From an uncultured Planctomycetia bacterium (GTDB taxonomy: Bacteria; Omnitrophota; Gorgyraeia; Tantalellales; Tantalellaceae): a stretch of DNA of 64,000 bases. Shown here in pieces: positions 58,587-64,000 of the stretch. The notes under the pieces are model-generated. The model had not been told where the DNA came from. It saw only the letters and a program-made list of their open reading frames with translations, and did not search any database. The DNA lies in the NCBI GenBank assembly GCA_964421015.1, contig CAYQUS010000001.1, forward strand, positions 428,726-492,725. Direction: 5' to 3'. Position numbers and translations under genes: made by a program. Each line of letters starts with the position of its first letter. The first letter of the stretch is position 1.

Positions 58587-60602
58587 TCAGATATTCCTGC
58601 CGAGAAGAACCTTGTCGAATTCCGGATCGGATTCGACTCCAAGTTCCCTGGCTTTTTCAAGACTGGATGCCGCCAAAGCCACCTCACCGGTATGGTAGCT
58701 GGCTATGGCCAGAGTATAGTAGGCGGACGCGTTGTTTTTATCCAACTCTATGGCTTTCTCTGCCTGGAGCCTGGCAAGCTCAAAACTGCCTTCTTCACAA
58801 AGCGCCGCCGCGAGATTGGACATAGCAGGAACATAAGAAGGATCTACGGAAAGCGCGTTCCTGTAGCAACCTATTTCCAGGGTTTTTATCCCTTTCTCGT
58901 TGTAGGCTATACCCATGTTATAGTGGGCCTCTTTCATCGCAGGGTCTATGGAAAGCGCCGCCTTGTAGGCCTCTATCTCCTCGTCACGCAGACCAAGGCT
59001 ACCGTAAGCTATGCCCAGATCATAGAACGCTCTTGAGTGACGCGGATCAGCCTTGACAGCCTTCCTGTAATTGACCGCCGCCTCTTCATAATGCCCTGTC
59101 TTCAGGTACGCTGAACCAAGATGATAGTAGACATCCGCGTTACCCGGAGATAATTCGGACGCCTTTTTCATTTCCGCTATCTCTTTCTCATAAAGCCCTG
59201 CCGTCCTGTAAGCGGCCGCGAGATTGTACCTCGCGCTAAAATTGTCAGGCTCGATCTCAATGGCTCGCCTGTAACACATTATCTCTTTTTTATTTTCCCC
59301 TTTCCTGCTGAAAGCCTCGCCGAGATTTATGTACGACTTGACATGCATGGGATCTATGTCAAGCGCCTTGAGATATGACGATATCTCCTCCTCGAGCATT
59401 CCTCCCGCCGCGTAGGCCAAAGCGAGATGGTAATAGGCATCGGCATTCCCCGGATACATGCGTGTTACCGCGACGAATTCCTCTATGGCCCGCCGGTATA
59501 TGCCAGATGATATGTACACCACTCCTAAAGCCATGCGTGCCTTAAGGTAAGAAGGATCGGCATCCAGAGCCTTCATGAAGCTCCTCACTGCCTTACCCCT
59601 TTCTCCCGAGTAAGAATAGGACACACCAAGATTGTATAGGGCCTCTTTGTTCAAAGGATAGACATCAACAACCTTAAGGTAGTGTTCTATGGCCGCGCCG
59701 TGTTCGCCTTTTTGAGAATAGGTCAAGGCCAGATTATATGAGGCGTTAACAAAATCCCCCTTAATGGACAAAGCCTTGCGAAAACTTGTTATTGCCGCGT
59801 CATACTGCTGCCGGGAGACCTGAAGCATTCCCAGGTTGTAATACGCGCCGTGAAATTCCGGGGCGATTGAGATAGACAGTGTGTAACACTTTTCTTCCTC
59901 GGCCTGCATACCAGCCATGCCGTAAAGAAGCCCCAGGTTGTTGTAAGCCCTGAATGAGGACGGGTCCAATTGTATGCATTTTACATATGAGTCTACCTCG
60001 CTGACGTAATCCTCTTTGGCCCCGTAAGCTACTCCCATGTTGTACAGAACGTCAGCGTACCCCGGGTCAACCTCGATGGCCTTCTTGTATACTGATATAG
60101 CTTCATCGTACATTCCTTTCAATCCGTAAAAAACACCGAGATAGTTCAGCGTAGACGCCGAAGAAGGATCGGCCTCGGCAGCCTTTTTGAGGCTGTCGAT
60201 AGCGGCGTCATATTTACCTACGATGCCGTAAGTAACCCCGGCATTATGGTATGCTTCGGCGAAATCATTATTTAACTTTAAAGCTGTCTCGAATTCTGAT
60301 ATCGCCAGGTCATAATCCCCTGCTGCGGCGTACTGAACCCCCTTCAGGTTATGTCCTGAAGCGATATCTCCGCCAGGAGTTATTTCCTTAAAAATAAAAG
60401 TTTCACGCGGCAAAGAAATATCGCCGAGATCTCTGTCAGGCAAAGACATCTCTGCGGGTGTATTTTTTATCTTTGTCTTGAGGGTGTCCAGGGAAGCTGC
60501 TATTTCAAAACCCAAAGCTGAAGATGAGGCGAAAACCGGCGCGGCACAGCATAAAACGGCTACAAGCACAGGAAAAATCCTGACCGAAACTGCTTTTTTC
60601 AT
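58587..60602 (-). CDS. Secreted multi-TPR repeat protein
   Basis: 671 aa, signal peptide, more than 15 consecutive 34-aa TPR units (AxxYxNLGxxY pattern). Confidence 0.75.
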   Translation of the reverse strand: MKKAVSVRIFPVLVAVLCCAAPVFASSSALGFEIAASLDTLKTKIKNTPAEMSLPDRDLGDISLPRETFIFKEITPGGDIASGHNLKGVQYAAAGDYDLAISEFETALKLNNDFAEAYHNAGVTYGIVGKYDAAIDSLKKAAEADPSSASTLNYLGVFYGLKGMYDEAISVYKKAIEVDPGYADVLYNMGVAYGAKEDYVSEVDSYVKCIQLDPSSFRAYNNLGLLYGMAGMQAEEEKCYTLSISIAPEFHGAYYNLGMLQVSRQQYDAAITSFRKALSIKGDFVNASYNLALTYSQKGEHGAAIEHYLKVVDVYPLNKEALYNLGVSYSYSGERGKAVRSFMKALDADPSYLKARMALGVVYISSGIYRRAIEEFVAVTRMYPGNADAYYHLALAYAAGGMLEEEISSYLKALDIDPMHVKSYINLGEAFSRKGENKKEIMCYRRAIEIEPDNFSARYNLAAAYRTAGLYEKEIAEMKKASELSPGNADVYYHLGSAYLKTGHYEEAAVNYRKAVKADPRHSRAFYDLGIAYGSLGLRDEEIEAYKAALSIDPAMKEAHYNMGIAYNEKGIKTLEIGCYRNALSVDPSYVPAMSNLAAALCEEGSFELARLQAEKAIELDKNNASAYYTLAIASYHTGEVALAASSLEKARELGVESDPEFDKVLLGRNI

Positions 60603-60675
60603 GCTAACCTCTCCTGATTAAGTCTTTGATTTCACTGTCTTTCGCGACATACTTTCTGTTTTTTTTCTTAACATA

Positions 60676-60703
60676 AGTATACCACAAAACACCAAAATGT
60701 CAA
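60676..60703 (-). promoter_or_regulatory. Sigma70-like promoter for the TPR gene (TTGACA-16-TATACT)
   Basis: Minus strand: gatTGACAttttggtgttttgtggTATACT, ~70 nt upstream of the ATG; AGGAGAGG RBS. Confidence 0.4.
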
Positions 60704-60750
60704 TCAAAAACACGTATATCAAACTATTTATACAGCTAACAAAAGAGAGA

Positions 60751-61725
60751 TCAAAGAGCCAGAGCCTTACATATTTCTTCCGAAGAACAAATGGAAACAA
60801 CTGAAAGAGAGGGATCTATCTTTTTTAAGAGGCCCGCTAAAACATTGCCGGGGCCCAGCTCAAGAAAGTCCTTAACGCCCAGCGAGGAAGCCTTAAGAAC
60901 TGAGTCAGACCATAGCGTCCTTGAGTCCAACTGATCAGCCAGGTTCTTACGTATCTTTTCCGGGTCCGTGGTGACTTCCGCGTCCAGGTTGCTTATAAAA
61001 TCTATTGAAGGAGCCCGAAACTCCATACCGGCCAGAACGACCTTAAGTTTTTCTTTCGCTTCGGCCATAAGCTCCGAATGAAAAGCTCCGCTGACCTTAA
61101 GCATTATAACTCGTTTCGCTCCTGCGTTTTTAGCCAGGTCGGCCAAAAGCTCTATTTTCCCGGCATGTCCCGAAACAACTATCTGCCCCGGACAGTTCAG
61201 GTTGGCTATCTGGCAACCTATCCCTACGCAAAGCTCCTCCACCTTTTCTATCTCAAGGCCGAGTATGGAAGCCATCTTACCTTCATTTTTCCTTGAAGCC
61301 TCTTCCATGAACTCTCCCCTCTGTACCACGAACCTAAGAGCATCCTCAAAACTAAGAACACCGGCGGCGACAAGCGAAGTGGGCTCCCCCAGGCTAAGCC
61401 CCATCGCCAGCGACGCGAATCTCGAAATGTCTTCCCCGGAAAAGAACTCCCTCTCTTCGCTTCCCACAGGAGAACCTTTTATTTTTTCCGCAAGCACGTT
61501 CAGAACAGCCATACTGGTAGTGAATATGGCTGGCTGGCTGTTGATCGTAGTGGAAAGTTCATCCATGTCGCCTTCAAAGCAAAGACGTTTTATTCCTTTA
61601 CCGGTTATCTCATCGGCTCTGTCATATACCCACCTGGCAGCTCGCTCAAGCTCGTAAAGATCCTTGCCCATACCGGTTTTCTGTGAACCCTGTCCGGGAA
61701 ATATCAATCCAAACTTCTTTGTCAT
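60751..61725 (-). CDS. fabD: Malonyl-CoA:ACP transacylase
   Basis: FPGQGSQ, GLSLGE active-site Ser motif. Confidence 0.85.
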   Translation of the reverse strand: MTKKFGLIFPGQGSQKTGMGKDLYELERAARWVYDRADEITGKGIKRLCFEGDMDELSTTINSQPAIFTTSMAVLNVLAEKIKGSPVGSEEREFFSGEDISRFASLAMGLSLGEPTSLVAAGVLSFEDALRFVVQRGEFMEEASRKNEGKMASILGLEIEKVEELCVGIGCQIANLNCPGQIVVSGHAGKIELLADLAKNAGAKRVIMLKVSGAFHSELMAEAKEKLKVVLAGMEFRAPSIDFISNLDAEVTTDPEKIRKNLADQLDSRTLWSDSVLKASSLGVKDFLELGPGNVLAGLLKKIDPSLSVVSICSSEEICKALAL

Positions 61726-61769
61726 ATCCTCCGCCTGTTCTTGTTATGCTTCATTATGCCGTAAAACCA

Positions 61770-62771
61770 TTACCACTCTATTACCAGAGCGCCCCAGGTC
61801 AGGCCTCCTCCAAAGGCGTCCATCAATATTTTGTCGCCTTTCTTTATCCTGCCCGACTCGACCGCTTCCACAAGGGCCACAGCGCTTGAAGCAGCCGACA
61901 TGTTGCCGTACTTTTCGATATTGAGGTACACTTTCTTATCCGGATCCACTCCCATCCTCTTGGCCAGGGCGTTGAGTATCCTTATGTTGGCCTGATGGGG
62001 GATTATGATGTCTATGTCGTCGCCTGTCATACCCAGAGGTTCCGTCACGGCCAGGGCCGCGTCGGCCATTATCTTAACGGCATGTTTAAAAAGAATGTTG
62101 CCTTCCATTTTTATGGTATGAAGTTTATTTTCCACTGTCTTGAAAGACGCCGGCATTCTGGATCCTCCGGCCGGGAGTCTTAAAAGATCTCCTTTACTCC
62201 CGTCGGAACCGAGATGGGCCCCCATTATGCCGCCCTTATCAACCTGCCCCAGTATGGCCGCGCCGGCTCCATCCCCGAAAAGCACGCATGTAGAACGGTC
62301 TTCCCAATCCGTCACCGCCGAGAGCTTCTCAGATGCAATCACAAGAGCGTGTTTGTAAAGCCCTCCCCGAACGAACTGGTCCGCTATGGCCAAACCGTAC
62401 ACAAAACCGGAACAGGCCACGGACACGTCAAAAGCCGGAACGTTTCCCGCTCCAAGCTTATACTGAACCTGGCAGGCGGTCGACGGAAAGAACATATCAG
62501 GCGTTATCGTGGCTACGATTATTACGTCTATGTCGGACGGCTGCATTCCCGCGTCGGCCAGGGCGTTCCTGGCGGCTTTTACGGCCATATCGCTCGTAGC
62601 CTCGTTGTCGGCCGCTATACGCCTCTCTTTTATCCCGGTACGGGTCGTTATCCACTCATCCGTTGTGTCAACCATCTTCTCCAGGTCAGCGTTCGTCAGG
62701 ACGTTCTCCGGAAGATATTTACCCAAACCTAATATACCTGTTCTCTTCAACTTGACTCCTTTCGAAAACAC
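61770..62771 (-). CDS. fabH: 3-oxoacyl-ACP synthase III
   Basis: Cys-His-Asn thiolase fold (ACSGFVYGL; NIEKYGNMSAAS); 333 aa. Confidence 0.85.
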   Translation of the reverse strand: MFSKGVKLKRTGILGLGKYLPENVLTNADLEKMVDTTDEWITTRTGIKERRIAADNEATSDMAVKAARNALADAGMQPSDIDVIIVATITPDMFFPSTACQVQYKLGAGNVPAFDVSVACSGFVYGLAIADQFVRGGLYKHALVIASEKLSAVTDWEDRSTCVLFGDGAGAAILGQVDKGGIMGAHLGSDGSKGDLLRLPAGGSRMPASFKTVENKLHTIKMEGNILFKHAVKIMADAALAVTEPLGMTGDDIDIIIPHQANIRILNALAKRMGVDPDKKVYLNIEKYGNMSAASSAVALVEAVESGRIKKGDKILMDAFGGGLTWGALVIEW

Positions 62772-62798
62772 GGCTGTCCCATTAAGGGCGCCGGTACT

Positions 62799-63791
62799 TC
62801 AGAAATTCTGTAATTCCTCCACCACATGCGAATTGACCTTCTGCTCGATATTCTCGGCAGCAGCCCGTATAGCGTTCTTTATGGCCTTGCCGTTAGAGGA
62901 ACCGTGGGCTATTATCACGCTTCCATCCACTCCCATAAGAGGGGCTCCGCCGTACTCGGAAGCGTCTATCTTCTTCTTTATGGCGCTGAAAGCCGGAAGA
63001 ACGAGAAGCGCTCCGAACTTGGTAATAAGGTTACTTCTCTTGAGTTCTCTTTTGAGGAGCAAAGCCGCGGCTTCGGAGAAACCCTCTGTCACCTTAAGAA
63101 AAACATTGCCCACGAACCCGTCGCATACGACTATATCGGCTTTCCCCCGGTAAACCTCCTTTGGCTCCACGTTACCGATGAAATTAAGCTCGCTTTCAGA
63201 CAACATCGTATGGGCTTCTTTTACAAAATCTGTGCCCTTGCTGGACTCCTCCCCTATGTTTAGAAGCCCCACCGTGGGATTTGTCTTTTTGAGTATGTGC
63301 TTTGAATAGGCGTCACCCATTATACCGTATTGCAGAAGATGGAACGGTTTGGGGTCAATATTGGCCCCTACGTCTATGACCATGCAGGGTTTATCGAGTG
63401 TGGGGAATATTATGGCTATTCCGGGTCGGTCCACCCCCGGCAGAAGCCTGAGGCTCAAAGTAGCGGCGCAAACGACTGCTCCCGTATTACCGGCGCTGAC
63501 AAAAGCGTCAAACTTCTTTTCCTTCAAAAGCGCCGCTCCCACAACTATCGACGAATCCCTTTTTTTCCTCACTGACAGTGCCGCGGGTTCGTCCATGGAG
63601 ATAACCTGCGAAGCGCCGATTATTTCTATCTTTTCTTTCGGGTACGACCTGCCGGAAAGCTCTTTTTTTATAAGGCTTTCCTCTCCTATAAGCGCCACAT
63701 TGTAGCCGTATTCCTCAACGGCCATGATGGCCCCTTCGATATTGACCCCGGGAGCCCTGTCTCCTCCCATAGCGTCTAAACCTATCTTCAT
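62799..63791 (-). CDS. plsX: Phosphate acyltransferase
   Basis: MKIGLDAMGGD N-terminus; canonical position between rpmF and fabH. Confidence 0.85.
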   Translation of the reverse strand: MKIGLDAMGGDRAPGVNIEGAIMAVEEYGYNVALIGEESLIKKELSGRSYPKEKIEIIGASQVISMDEPAALSVRKKRDSSIVVGAALLKEKKFDAFVSAGNTGAVVCAATLSLRLLPGVDRPGIAIIFPTLDKPCMVIDVGANIDPKPFHLLQYGIMGDAYSKHILKKTNPTVGLLNIGEESSKGTDFVKEAHTMLSESELNFIGNVEPKEVYRGKADIVVCDGFVGNVFLKVTEGFSEAAALLLKRELKRSNLITKFGALLVLPAFSAIKKKIDASEYGGAPLMGVDGSVIIAHGSSNGKAIKNAIRAAAENIEQKVNSHVVEELQNF

Positions 63792-63863
63792 GTTCCCTCC
63801 GTGGAAACTTATAACGCCCTTAAAAAGGATCTAAGACTGACCGCGCTTGCGAACAATTCTTTC

Positions 63864-64000
63864 TTACGGCTGCTTTCTTTTAGCGTCGCGCCGTTCCTTG
63901 CGCTCGTCCAGTGTCTCTATTTTCTTAACCTGGACACCCTTGAAATACCCGCAGTAAGGGCATACCTGGGAAGGTTTTTTCATCTTCCCGCAGTTGGAAC
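63864..64000 (-). CDS. rpmF: 50S ribosomal protein L32 (partial, N-terminus outside window)
   Basis: Minus-frame translation ...NCGKMKKPSQVCPYCGYFKGVQV...KRKQP* with CxxC zinc-ribbon; rpmF-plsX-fabH-fabD synteny. Confidence 0.7.
   Translation of the reverse strand, partial: SNCGKMKKPSQVCPYCGYFKGVQVKKIETLDERKERRDAKRKQP

Noticed and set aside
1-64000. Search for CRISPR arrays, tRNA/rRNA genes, transposases, integrases and toxin-antitoxin or defence-system signatures
   Set aside because: No spaced direct repeats, no transposase or integrase-like ORFs, and intergenic regions are too short (under 220 bp) to hold tRNA genes with recognisable cloverleaf ends; none found by eye.

Overview
This is a 64-kb bacterial chromosomal window of roughly 50% GC with no rRNA, tRNA, CRISPR or obvious mobile elements. 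Coding density is high, and about 53 of 55 genes lie on the minus strand, many with ATGA or 11-nt start/stop overlaps.

The recognisable content, from low to high coordinates, is:
- a redox gene set (YkgJ-like, EFR1 ferredoxin, FMN-reductase-like flavoprotein, TauE-like permease) around an atypical PurF-like gene;
- a glycogen locus built entirely on GH57 enzymes: glgC, a GH57 branching enzyme, DUF4912, a GH57 glucanotransferase and a GH57–glycogen-synthase fusion;
- a radical-SAM/xthA/rumA block;
- two tandem glycine-zipper secreted paralogs;
- a TIGR01212-like radical SAM, mnmG and metH;
- a complete MoxR–DUF58–DUF4381–BatA–E aerotolerance-type operon;
- a DinG-like helicase;
- an unknown 239-aa protein coupled to a radical SAM, followed by maf, dusB and a NYN protein;
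- an arsR-dnaJ-like-clpB heat-shock-type operon with a promoter inverted repeat, followed by a LonC-like protease with a degenerate AAA module;
- pgi, fba, comF, GT2, a bacterioferritin-like gene, and a TPR/HExxH protein;
- an HD-GYP gene coupled to a HEAT-repeat protein;
- fabD-fabH-plsX-rpmF.

I found no defence-island-like system. The most unusual items are the GH57–GlgA fusion, the PurF-like protein with Ser in place of the Cys1 nucleophile, the translationally coupled HD-GYP/HEAT pair, and a GA-rich tandem repeat between the ferritin-like gene and fba.
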